Positions 20,998 through 32,454 of a stretch of DNA of 64,000 nt are shown here, piece by piece. Position 1 is the stretch's first letter; every line of letters starts with the position of its first letter. Below the pieces are notes generated by a model, which was not told the DNA's origin, did no database searches, and worked only from the letters and a program-made list of their open reading frames with translations. This DNA comes from Zancudomyces culisetae HAW-14-8 (Eukaryota > Fungi > Kickxellomycota), in contig JBNJNM010000023.1 in NCBI GenBank assembly GCA_052426225.1, positions 1 to 64,000 on the forward strand, written 5' to 3'. The position numbers and the translations under genes are program-made.

Positions 20998-22526
20998 CTC
21001 ACAAATGTTGGTAGTTTGTGGTTGTTGTTGTTGGCAAACATGTCCACATCGTGTGGACCAAACTGTTTCTGTATCTTCTTAAACATCTTGTCTGATAGTG
21101 ACCACTCTGTTTGTGCTGTTAAACGTGATGGTGCATCCGCTGGATTCAGTATTGATGGCACATACTGAATCTGAACCCGAGTGCCATTGCTGATGCAATG
21201 TTTCCAAATTGCTTCCGAAATATCCATCAGATTCACTGATTTGGTTCCCCCATGCTTCTTGATGTAGCTGATTGATGTATTGTTGTCGCAATATACAACA
21301 ACACTCTTTCCCTGAACCTGCGGCAGCTTCACTGCATACTGGATTGCTAATAATTCCTTCGCATTGATAGGGAGCTTCATCTGTTGTCGTGTCCATGTCC
21401 CCGTATACTGATTGCTGTCTATCACTATCCCCCAGTGATTGTCGCTCGCATCCGTATATACTTCTATCTCTGGGATCTCCGGAAGGAAGCATAGACCATT
21501 CCATTGCTTCAGATGGTCCCTCCACCACGTCAGATTGTCCAGTGCGGGCTGATTCAGTGTTACTTGTGAACTCCAATCCGTGGTGCGTTTCAGAGTGTTG
21601 TTTTTGAGCTCTAACAACCTCCTGCTCATCAGTCGTCCCGGTCTGAGTGCTATATTCACTGCCTGCGTTTTGCCAATGAATGATGCCAGATCCTTCAGTG
21701 TTGTACACCCTTTGTGTATCAACCTGGATGCCTCTCTCGCTAAATCTTTGAGTTTCTGTTTGGGTATCTTGAAACTCATCTGACGGCTGTTGATGTCCAT
21801 CCCAAGATGTGTAATACATTGTTTGGGATGTATTGATGATTTTTCCTGGTTGATCAGGAATCCCAGTTTCACCAGTTTCTTGGATACCATGTTTGTGAAC
21901 TTTAGACACTCTGTTTTTGTTGATCCTAAGATTAACAAATCGTCTAAGTAGCTCGACATTCGTGTCCCGCGTGCTCTAGCCCATTTCAGTACTGGTTTTA
22001 GTATTTTTGTGAATACTAGTGGGCTTAAAGATAGACCAAATGGGAGCACCCTGTACTGGTAGGTGCGACCGCCCCATGTAAACCTGAGATACTTTCTGGA
22101 CGTTTTGTTGATCAATACGTGTAGAAATGCATCGCTGAGGTCTATGCTGGTCATATAATTCCCTTTGCGGATCATTCTGGAAATAGTTGTGAGCGACTCC
22201 ATCTTGAAATGTCGCTGTGGGATGTACTGATTTAAAGGTCTTAAATTCAGTACCATCCGCGTGCCTCCGTTCTTCTTTGGGATTGTAAACGGATTTGAGT
22301 AGAACCCTGGCTGCGCGGATGAAGCTTCCTCTATTGCTTTCTTTGACAGGAGGTTTGCTATCTCCTGTTCGACCACTTTTTCTGGAAGCTTTTTCAAGTT
22401 GTAACCTAACGGTTTTTTCTGCTTGACCGTCGGTGGATGTGTTTTGAAGGGAATTCTGAACCCTTCTGAAGTCACTTGGAGTATCCATTTGTGATCTGTG
22501 AGGCGCATCCAAGCCTCCTGGAACAT
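20661..22526 (-). CDS. DIRS ORF2: reverse transcriptase-RNase H-adenine methyltransferase-like domain
   Basis: SIDLSDAF, LPFGLSLSP, YLDD, YTDAS, INAKEL, NPADAPSR, DVDMFA..YLCPPW. Confidence 0.93.
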   Translation of the reverse strand: MFQEAWMRLTDHKWILQVTSEGFRIPFKTHPPTVKQKKPLGYNLKKLPEKVVEQEIANLLSKKAIEEASSAQPGFYSNPFTIPKKNGGTRMVLNLRPLNQYIPQRHFKMESLTTISRMIRKGNYMTSIDLSDAFLHVLINKTSRKYLRFTWGGRTYQYRVLPFGLSLSPLVFTKILKPVLKWARARGTRMSSYLDDLLILGSTKTECLKFTNMVSKKLVKLGFLINQEKSSIHPKQCITHLGMDINSRQMSFKIPKQKLKDLAREASRLIHKGCTTLKDLASFIGKTQAVNIALRPGRLMSRRLLELKNNTLKRTTDWSSQVTLNQPALDNLTWWRDHLKQWNGLCFLPEIPEIEVYTDASDNHWGIVIDSNQYTGTWTRQQMKLPINAKELLAIQYAVKLPQVQGKSVVVYCDNNTSISYIKKHGGTKSVNLMDISEAIWKHCISNGTRVQIQYVPSILNPADAPSRLTAQTEWSLSDKMFKKIQKQFGPHDVDMFANNNNHKLPTFVSWKWTPGAAKTNAFNHHWSIWTNPYLCPPWNLIQKTLQKIRQDKVSATLITPFWRSAPWYPDLKSMLIAPPIKILAPQIIPDPKSGKQVTQINKTWSLTAWKLSAHALKKRV

Positions 22527-22540
22527 CCTCAGTCTCCCTC

Positions 22541-23422
22541 CTACTTTCGGTGTTTGCTGCTGTTTGCAAACCGAAAATTACCGCCAGTAGCAGCGGATTT
22601 GTGTTGTCGTTGTTGCTGGATCTGTTGCGGCTCTGCTTGAACATTCTGGTTAACTGATGGCTGAAACGGAATGCTTGGGAAGGTCCTGGTTGCGTTGAAT
22701 CTTGGTCTTCTCTGCTGCACATTTTTTGTTGCACGCTGCAATGTATTTGCTGCTGCTTTAACTTCGAGCATCTGCTGTATGTCCACGAGAGGCTTCTTTG
22801 ATGATGAAGTCATTTTTGGAGGATCTGATGGTACTCCTGAGGCTTTGTATGACAGTTTGATTCTTTGTTGCGTGATATTGGATGCAACATCCGCAAGTAA
22901 AACTCTGATTGAGTTGATAAAAACTGCAAGTTTTTCGGCACTGACTGCACCTCCGTCACGGATTGCTTCGTGCATAAAGTAATCCAAAGGTCTTGTAACG
23001 GCTGATAAACGGTACTGGATGTCATATAACATCGCATCAGTACGTTTATTGTCACCTGATAACTTGATGTTTTCCTCTGGCGGTTCATAATCCATGCCAG
23101 AGTTTCTTGGGATGGCTGCGTAAAACTTCTTGCGTTCGATATCTGCCAGTGGTGTCCAAAAGAAATCCTGTTCAACTGTTGGTAGCGCCTTTTGCAGTTT
23201 TGGATACATGACCAGGTCTGATGGTGTTGGTCTGGCAACCACGAAGTTTTCAACTGAATCATCGTCGACTGCATCAACGATTGATGGAGCAGTGATGTTT
23301 GCTGAATCACTGATTTCTGATACTGAAATGTGATCATTTGGTGCGGTTTGTTTTTCACGAGCTGATAATCTCTCCAAAATCTGTTGCAAAACTTCAACTG
23401 TAACGTCTGCATTTTGACTCAT
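22541..23422 (-). CDS. DIRS ORF1 (gag-like)
   Basis: 293-aa ORF between the ITR and RT; DIQYRLSAVTRPLD segment resembles fungal DIRS ORF1. Confidence 0.8.
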   Translation of the reverse strand: MSQNADVTVEVLQQILERLSAREKQTAPNDHISVSEISDSANITAPSIVDAVDDDSVENFVVARPTPSDLVMYPKLQKALPTVEQDFFWTPLADIERKKFYAAIPRNSGMDYEPPEENIKLSGDNKRTDAMLYDIQYRLSAVTRPLDYFMHEAIRDGGAVSAEKLAVFINSIRVLLADVASNITQQRIKLSYKASGVPSDPPKMTSSSKKPLVDIQQMLEVKAAANTLQRATKNVQQRRPRFNATRTFPSIPFQPSVNQNVQAEPQQIQQQRQHKSAATGGNFRFANSSKHRK

Positions 23423-25232
23423 TATTGAAAATTTAACTAATGACTTTTATAAATACTATGTATTTTTTATAAGCTGGTTGAGTACCTAGCGAAAGAAAAG
23501 ATGGTAAAGATTCATCAGGAAACAGGGGACATCAGTTTATATATGGTTTAAATTTATTTTATTTAGTTATTATACATATTTTATAAAAATTATACAGTGA
23601 TGTCTGTCATTACACACATCATTACGTATAAAGTTTCTAAATTTAAACACTCTTTTTATCGATTTAATTTTTTACCAAATTTTAAGGTAATGGATTAATC
23701 GATAAAATAGTATCTAGGAAAGAATTTACGATTTATAATAAAGATTGTACACAATAATTGTATCTGGATAAGTGAAGCAAAATAAAAACTAATAGTACTT
23801 AGTTATACCACTCATGACAGTGTATACGACAAAAAATTAGTACTTACTATAATCACATAAGTATCATTAATATTAGTTAACATTTAATTGTATTTATGTA
23901 CAATAATGTTATGATAAAGGGATTCATCAATGTATCTGCTGATAATTTTACTAAGTTTAGCAATTTAAAAGCTACTCAGCACTCTAGTGTCTATAAAATT
24001 AATTGGTGATAAATTCCATACCTGGTATTTATATTGAAATATTTGTTCAATGTAGTTTACTCTGTACGAGTAATTATTTCATCTATTAACGAGATGTTTG
24101 GAAAGGGTGTTGTGAGGATTAGAAAGCATAAAAAGTTATGAATATTACAAAGTGATTCGTTTTAATTTCTAGGTTTGATGTAATTCTTTGGTTTCACATC
24201 GGATTGTATATTATGTATGAGTACCTGACTAGTCTCTATAATGATATATTATTTTTAACTTGTTAATACTTTTTGGAACAATAATAATTAGCCAACTTAC
24301 TTTTAGTAATTTTTTTTTGCTTAGCTTATCAGGTTGCCCTATTTAATTTTGAGCACTGATACATTTCTGGCTCTGGTGAAAGTTGAGTTTTGGTTTACAT
24401 ATTAAAAATAAATGGAGCAGTAATAATTGTTCTGTTAATGCTTTCTATAACCTCAAAAAATTTACAATGTGTGATGGGATTGTAATTTAATACTGTTTTA
24501 TTTGTTTCTGTGATACTTTCAATCGGAATATGGTGGGTACAAAGTTTATAGAGTGATATAAGGGTGATTTTTCAGGTAGATATTTTGTAGGGTTGTTTTT
24601 TTTAGTGTTTATTTGATAGCTCGATTGTGAATTATACCAGTAGTGCTATTGTTTTTAAACCTTTGAAAAATCGTTTTACTTCAATTTTTCCGAGCTAAAA
24701 TCTGTAAATATTATTCAAAATATACTTTAATGGCGAATTTAAAACAACAATTGCCTACTGCTCATCGATCAGTAGTACTCAGCATCGTATGAAGATGTTT
24801 GGGATCTAAGTTTCAAATATGTAATTAATCCATAATATTAATACCGTATAATAAAATTTATCTCAACCAAAAGTACTACCTTCCTATGCTATAAAATTAA
24901 ATAATTAATATCAGCTACTTGTATAAAAAAGTATGACAACATTCACTAAATACACTGAGCATGAGTTATAATTGTTTGATAGTAAACATTTTTGGGTTCA
25001 TTGATACAAAGTATAGCCCATTTCACATCCGGATACCTCATACCCAAGAATTAACAGTATATATAACGATTTGATTGACGCTCTAGTACTCCTCTTTGAC
25101 CATGAATAATATTCTAGTGGCTTACGAATATTTAGTGTATGAAAGTTATTTGTGCGAATATTTTCATATCGCTCTAATAGCATGTTGATGTTGTTTGATG
25201 GTTTGCGTTTGTCCTGATCTTTCTTTCTCAAG

Positions 25233-27095
25233 TCAAGATTGGGTTTTTGATAAATAAAAATTCAAAGAAATTTTGACTGACTGCATTAGATTCACATAGT
25301 TCCTGTGTTCGTCATAATCTACAGGTGTACTAAGATAATCCATATAGTACGTTAGCGATAATACACGTAAGACGGCAGTGTTGTTTGACGAAAGACAACA
25401 CCTGCTTCCCATAGTTGAATGATGACCTAAAATAATCCAAGGATTCATATCTTCCTCAGTGATTGCACTGTTTACAATAATACTGGGCACAGGACTAACC
25501 ATCCTATTGGTGTTGTAAAAATACTGCTTTATCCTATCGATCTGTGTAATAAATTCTTGGAATATTCCCCTATTTGGAAATTGTGGTTCGAATTTTTGTA
25601 ATAGCATGAGAATAATATTTCTGCCATCAACAATTTTTGTGTAATATGGATGGTCTGTAATGAAAGCTGCATTGGTGAGTGTCAGTGATATCCAAAAAAT
25701 TAATAAAGGAAGATTCAAATCCATATACAGTGTTGGAATATTAGCATAACCCCACTTCAAAACCCTTATACCTTCAAGAGAATAGTCGATACACAGCATC
25801 TTTGCCACTTGTACGCGCCAGGGTTCATCATAAAAACGTTCTAGAAATGATATCTCAGTAATACACAAATGGACGGCTGAATTTATCAAAGCAAGGTGCA
25901 AGCTCCACAGCTGGAATATCAGATTTTTGACAGTGGCTTCATCAATTATAAGAAAGTTTGCGTTCTCACATAACTGAAGTTTTTGAAGTGTGTCAAATGT
26001 ATATCTTCCGAGCATTTTTAAAACATCATTCAGTTGCTTTGAAAGATCCGTGTACCTTTTAAAGTCAAGTTGATAGTCCCGTTTAATCATATAGCTTCTT
26101 CGGTTTCGAAAAGCACAAATTTTGTTATGCATATCAAATACTATACATCTCATTTTTGTAACATCCGGGTTCACCCTTCTGCTTTCGCTGGTCCTGATTA
26201 GTTGTCGATTTTCCACTAGTATAAGTGTTTGCGTTTTGTATTCAACCTCATTTCTCCATTCATAATCGTTTTTTGGGAGTTTATTTGCGCTTTTAAAAAA
26301 TCCATCATAAATAGTATGTTTGACGAGCCCTGCTTGAACGCTGTTGTTAAGATATACCATCCAAAACATTCTCCGCTTAAACTCCGTTACATCCTGTTTC
26401 TGCTTGGACTGCTGTAATCCGAAATACGCACTTGAATCAACTTTGTGCAATCCAAGCATGATACATGCGCTGTAACATTTCATTTGATCTATATGTGCAG
26501 CATGACTAAACCTAATACAGGTTGTATGTTCAAGCAAAGCTTGGAGACACCACAAGTGGTTCATTTTGAATTTATTTTGTCTATCTTCAAGCACTTTGCG
26601 CACATAATTCACCATTTTTATCACTTTTTTGGCACCCAGGAATCTTGTTACTCTGGATTCTGGCAATAGTTGTGTTCCAAGAATCAATATTGTGTAAATC
26701 ATGTATCTAGGAAGTCTCAAATTTTTGATATTTTCTATCAGCATGGGTACTCTAACGGGTATCATCAGATTTGGTGTTGCAAACATACAGAGTTTTGTGG
26801 TTTCTATCATGAAGTTCACCAGCTTTATCATGTGTGTTTTGATGTTTTCATCGTAGTAGGCTTCATAACTAAAATCTTTGTTATTTATCTTTTTTATCAG
26901 CACATATTCATAATTTTCCTCATAAATCTTATCAAAATTAACTCTTGAACTACTGCTGTCCAGTTTAAATCGTTTACTGTTGCGTAAAATTGTATGTATC
27001 TCTATGGTCTTGGTCTCTACACTAGCAACAAGGCTTGTGACCTTGTTGATGGTCATCATCCTACTCCTTCGGGTCATTGATTTTTCTGGGGCCAT
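25233..27095 (-). CDS. Fungal-specific transcription factor domain (MHR-like) protein with no visible Zn2Cys6 domain
   Basis: ~620-aa ORF, first ATG at 27095; LGLHKVD..EFKRRMFWMVY motif. Confidence 0.7.
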   Translation of the reverse strand: MAPEKSMTRRSRMMTINKVTSLVASVETKTIEIHTILRNSKRFKLDSSSSRVNFDKIYEENYEYVLIKKINNKDFSYEAYYDENIKTHMIKLVNFMIETTKLCMFATPNLMIPVRVPMLIENIKNLRLPRYMIYTILILGTQLLPESRVTRFLGAKKVIKMVNYVRKVLEDRQNKFKMNHLWCLQALLEHTTCIRFSHAAHIDQMKCYSACIMLGLHKVDSSAYFGLQQSKQKQDVTEFKRRMFWMVYLNNSVQAGLVKHTIYDGFFKSANKLPKNDYEWRNEVEYKTQTLILVENRQLIRTSESRRVNPDVTKMRCIVFDMHNKICAFRNRRSYMIKRDYQLDFKRYTDLSKQLNDVLKMLGRYTFDTLQKLQLCENANFLIIDEATVKNLIFQLWSLHLALINSAVHLCITEISFLERFYDEPWRVQVAKMLCIDYSLEGIRVLKWGYANIPTLYMDLNLPLLIFWISLTLTNAAFITDHPYYTKIVDGRNIILMLLQKFEPQFPNRGIFQEFITQIDRIKQYFYNTNRMVSPVPSIIVNSAITEEDMNPWIILGHHSTMGSRCCLSSNNTAVLRVLSLTYYMDYLSTPVDYDEHRNYVNLMQSVKISLNFYLSKTQS

Positions 27096-29377
27096 CGGAC
27101 TTAATATAGTATAACTGTAACTCTGGTTTTGCAACGTGTTATTATAGACTGCTAGAATACTCAAGTATTGCCAAGTTTAAAAAGTAATTTATCAAAATAT
27201 TAGATAGAAAGTAACTGCTTCAGGATTCTCATTTCTTTAAAAAAAAATCCTTCGGTGTTATTTTGTATTAAAGCTTATATAGCGGCAAATTTACAGAAAA
27301 CAAATCAAATTGGTATAATTATAATAGATTATAATTTGTTCTGGATCTGTGTATTTGACTCAATCGATCTACTAGTAAAAAAAAACTTCGCTCCAAAATG
27401 TGTATCATTGACAAACACACTACCATTCATAAAAGTTATGGAGGTTTTGATAGGTCTTTATTCCTTAATTTGCTTATGACTTGACACACCGATATCAAAG
27501 AAAATCCACACTCATGGTTTCATGAATAAAAAGGTGGGCATGTCACTCGGCATTACAAGCTTTTATTTATTAACTTTAATCAATCAAAAAAAGTCGCAAC
27601 TGTTAGCATTGAGGTTAATCAAAAGTTGGTAGTGGCTTATTCATTTGCTAGCCATGACTTGTGATGATAATCTTTTTTATGTAGTTATTATATATTACCA
27701 AAAACAGAATAAATTAAATTGAAAGAAACACTAATCAAGAAAGTGTAACTAAATGAAAAATCTGTTTATTGGGTTTTTATATTAGGAAAATTGTGAGATT
27801 TTTCTAAAAAGGTAAGAATCCGTTTTTTCGGATGTTGATATTATATTTTTTTACCTAGTAGGTATTTGATAGAGAATTGATGGATTGGAAAATTACTGAA
27901 GATTTGTAAAATACGGTGTTACAGTTATAGTTTGGTAGAATATTATAAAAAGCAAATATATTTTATTAGAAAAATAAACTTAGCCCATCTACCACTCAAG
28001 TTTAACTAAATTAAACTTGAAATCCATTGAAACTAACGTGTATTACAGCAGTGGACTCAGTGAACATGGTAAACATTCCAAAGTGTGTATTATTAGTGGC
28101 ATATATGAAAAAAAAATTTTACTATCAAAAGCCAAAAGTTGAAATCTTTTGGTCATTTGATTGGATATTTTTGAAAGATGATAAAGTGTAAACACATCAA
28201 GCAAACTTTTCTATTCCTATATTTATTAATAATTTTCATACATTCAATCAATCTATGATTGTCTTGATATGTGGAACAACTGTAGAATGAAGGGAAATCG
28301 GTTAGAGGAATATTAAATAGAATTCGTTTCTAAATGATTATAATATTTTTATAAGTACTACAGTCGCATAAAAGAGCATAAAAATACAACGAAATAAGTT
28401 AAGGATTAATGGCTTTGGCAACCCACTACTACTAGGATATGAAGTTCCTTACATTAAAATGCTATTTTTCTATCTAGATAGCCTTTCACTAATTCAGGTG
28501 ATAAACCCTAACTCAAATCCACTAAAAAAATGCAATACAAAAAAGTGAACTTTTACTTCGAATCCATAAATAATTATGTGTACCACTAATTTAATAGAGA
28601 AGATTTACGGTAAAGCTATTGGAAGTCAAGTGGTTAGAGTTTTCCCAAAAATAACCAATTAATATAATTATTTTTGCATTAACACTGGTTTTTCTGTGCT
28701 GATAACAAAATTAACACCAGAAATAGCCAAGTTTAATACTGAAATAATACTATGGAAAAGGACATGTAACAAACTCGGTTTTTTGAGTATCAACTCTTGA
28801 TATCCTATAACCATTGATTATTGAAACTGTATTACTATTGAGCTAGAAAATTGTGGATAGGGTGGAACGCACCTATAGTTGAGTTTGCATAGATGTCTCG
28901 AGTTTTTGTTAAATTAACAAAAAATTTCAAACTGACCTAGATCAATGTATTAGAGCTTGAATAAAAGGTTGAGCGGTTTGTCAGTGCTAATAATTTTTTC
29001 CCAAACTTCGTCTAGATTAATGATCAGTAAATAAATATGAATTTTATGTTGTCAATCACTGCGCATATTTAAAGAAAAAAGTATTGTTATAGCATACTTT
29101 TAAAAAAAAATGGGTCAGGACAGCATGTAATACGATTATAGAGACACAGCAGGTAGTTCTGCCCAAAGTATAATAGAAAATAACTATATTGCCAAGTTCA
29201 TAAACTTTATGCTTCTGGTGAATTTATTTTCATAGTACAATGCTTTTGGATACATCACGTAGCTCGTGAAAATGTATATAAACTGCTGCTTTTTTCTTAC
29301 AAAAAAATCTATATCTGCTTTCCGTTAAAGCCTAACAATTCAAAATAGAATAGAATAAAGAAAATAAAAACTAAAAA

Positions 29378-29824
29378 ATGATCAAATCAGTAATCCTTAG
29401 CGCCTTGGTAGTTAGCTCAACCTTTGCTTACAGCGTACAGAATGCACAGAACCAAGATGTACAAGCATCAGGTGAAAACAATATCTTGGAATCCAACTTC
29501 AATGAAATGGACGACGAAGACAGGCCCAGACGCAGAAGAGTCAGAAAGTTGACACTTGAATTGTTTTACAACGATAAGTATAACGTTCCCCAAGGTACTT
29601 TCAAAGCCAAACCAAATAGGTGCTATGCGGCACCACAGTTTTCATCAGTAAGAATGAGTGGTGTGAGTGGAACTAGAGGTGCCATGTTGTTCTGTAACCA
29701 GGCTAATTGTACAGGCAGATGCTTTGTTGCACTTAGAAGCGCAGGAAGCCAAATTAGTGGTATTTATGGTCAACTTGGTTATAACCGTACAACATCTTAT
29801 TCTTGTATTGCTCCATGCTTTTAA
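29378..29824 (+). CDS. Small secreted Cys-containing protein, family S copy 1 (betagamma-crystallin-like, tentative)
   Basis: Signal peptide, acidic propeptide, RRRR/RK site, LELF..PNRCY..S..MLFCNQANCTGRC; TATATAAA at ~29275. Confidence 0.85.
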   Translation: MIKSVILSALVVSSTFAYSVQNAQNQDVQASGENNILESNFNEMDDEDRPRRRRVRKLTLELFYNDKYNVPQGTFKAKPNRCYAAPQFSSVRMSGVSGTRGAMLFCNQANCTGRCFVALRSAGSQISGIYGQLGYNRTTSYSCIAPCF

Positions 29825-30183
29825 ATGTTTATATTGATTATGAATGGTCAGTAATTGAATAAAAACTTTTGATACATCAATAAATACATGATAATACTTT
29901 ATCGAATTTTAAATAAAGGTAAAAATATATCTCTAGTAAAAACATTAGAAACTCTAAATAACCTATTCACTTTGTTTTAACCTTGGAATCATTCACATTA
30001 TAGAATTCGTACCATCAATTGATATTTTGCAACACTTCAATCTCGGTACTAATTATGCGGTATTTTGGTATAATTTTTACTATTTCCGACATCTTTAATA
30101 TTTCTTAAATTAAAATGATTACCAAGTCCTTATTTAACAAAATAATGTCAAAATGTGAAAAATGATTTAAATGTTAAACACCT

Positions 30184-30621
30184 TTAGACACATTCGGGAA
30201 CTGGATCAAGCCAAAGTACTGAGTATTCATGCTCACTGAGGTCATTATCCATTCATCCGGATTACAACCATTGGCTTCTCGGGTTGCCTTTTCCTAGTTT
30301 CATACAATTATTTTGGGTGAAAAACATGATTTTAGCTTCACCAGGATTACCACCATCCAGGATACATGAATTAATACTTGGCAAAATATAGCTGATATTT
30401 GGTTAAATCACTATTGTACCTATCGTGTCTTTATAGAAATATGTTTTAACATTTGGGTGTTCAGGGTTGGTCCCCTTCCGCTTCTATATGTACCGTTCCG
30501 TTTATAGCTGTTGACAAGATTTTCAGCAGTTCAGATTGTTCGGCGCTAAAACGCTTGAAATTTTGAACCAGCTGTAAACCCTGAAATCAGTAAAAATGAC
30601 TTTTTGCCTAAAGTCAATCAT
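30184..30621 (-). pseudogene. Family S pseudogene (closest to 45134-45550)
   Basis: Minus-strand translation IGTIVI*PNISYILPSINSCILDGGNPGEAKIMFFTQNNC..SQWL*SG*MDND..SVLWLDP aligns to INTVAILPNGCYNIPNINSAILDGGKKGAGSIMFCTQRNC..KHWLYPGNM..SVIWFNP. Confidence 0.85.
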
Positions 30622-32454
30622 GTTGTTATTATTGAATTTGTTTAAACTTTACGATGGCTATAAAACAAATCCCAAAAAATGCTTGAATATTGATTCATAT
30701 CTATATAGTAACCCTATCATTTATATACATTTTGATTGAAATATTAATGCTATAAATAGCTGACAATCAAATAAATATCAAGTATAGGTACACTTTATTG
30801 TTAATCTCTTTTGAAAACGGTTTTAAATAACTAAAAATCACTATTAAACACAACTATCAATAGCATAGTATTACCATGTAAACCATAAGTTGGTTATAAA
30901 ATAAATTCTTTAATGGTTTTACAGCAAAATAATATTGTGGGATATATTTATTCGGTCTTTGATACCTATTACAAATAACTAGTAACCAAAAGGTAATTTA
31001 TAGGAAATGTGATATTAGCATAAGAATATTCATCATTTTGGTAATGAATTATTTTAGAATATCTTTAATTATTTAGAATACGGATAATTGATTTAGGATA
31101 AGGCTATCTCATTGAAATATGTATGTAGGCTATCCAAGATTGGATATTTTCACAAACATATTGTTAACTTATAATAATGATTTTATCAAGTTATTAATCC
31201 TACAAGTTTAATTAAGGTTTTCAATATCGTTCAAGATAATATTAACAATATAAAACTCTGTAGTGTATTTTTACGTGTTTAAGTTAAAAAACAGAAAGTA
31301 GAATTATTAAATCCCAATTACGTATACCTTCTGGAGGGCAAAGTGGTTAAGCGAGCCCAAGTAGTCGAAATGGTCTAGAAGTAGAAAGTATACACATTGT
31401 GCAAATATGTAAAGGTAGCTCATTGATACGACATTTACTGCAACCACAAATTTGTGGGGGTAACTACCATTTTCAAGGATGTGTTCCGATATTTTTTTTA
31501 TGAACTTGGCATTTTAACCAAGTAACCAATTATCTGGTATAAAACCAACAAATTAAACGCTGCTAAAAAATCCAGACTATTCAATGAAAATAGACAAGGA
31601 TTATATTCATTGGTTTACAGTAGCAACATTACCTAATAGGATTCTAATATATACAACATTATAATGCTAGAAAGTGTACATTCAATTCTGTTTGTTATGA
31701 AAATCCAAATAGAATGGATTAAACGGATCTACTACAAAGAGGGGTAAATAGAAACTTTAGTCACTCAAATTTATATAACCTTAAGTCCAACTTGGATCTT
31801 TTAACATATATTTTAACTTTACTGGTAATGTACTTCAAAAATAAAAGCTAATCGACTTTAATACAAAATGTATCAATTTACAGAAATTTGTCACTTAGCT
31901 AATTGAGTTATGCATATTAAATTAGTAGTACCCTTCTGGTGGTCTCTATGTTTCACAAAAATTTTTTTGTAATAGCTATTTTTAGTAGTCTAGATCGAAA
32001 ATCAATATTTCAAATATAATATCAGAACAATAAAGTTTGGGGTTATAATCGAATATTTTATGGTATCAAACATAAATTGGTCCCGGACCTGATACTTTAT
32101 TAGTACAGTACTATTTCTATGTGTAATAAATTACTATACCATAATATAAACAGATTCTGGAATTATGTATAAAGGATATACACGAAATTTGATAATCCTA
32201 CAGAATTAGAGTAAATGTATGGTCATAACCATACAACCTTTTGAAAAATACAGAAATGTATTTACAATTACACTAGATTTAATGCTTGAGAATTAAATTA
32301 GACTAGTGCAGATTTGCCTCTACAGAAAAGGTATAAATAATTACGTAAAATGACGTAACCGTAGTTCAATACCAATGCAGTTCATCCTCTACTAGATAAT
32401 TCTAATAGGAAGTATACAAAAGATCAGGAATAGATAGCAAACTAAGATCAAATT

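Larger units (their letters stand above)
14029..23786 (-). mobile_element. DIRS1-type tyrosine-recombinase retrotransposon, full length, interrupted by a Ty3/gypsy insertion
   Basis: Inverted terminal repeats ~14074-14346 and ~23500-23768. Internal complementary region 14381-14473 pairs with both outer termini. ORFs encode gag, RT/RNaseH/MT and YR. Confidence 0.93.

Noticed and set aside
23900-24760. Possible decayed coding sequence between DIRS and the transcription-factor gene
   Set aside because: No recognisable motif in any frame.
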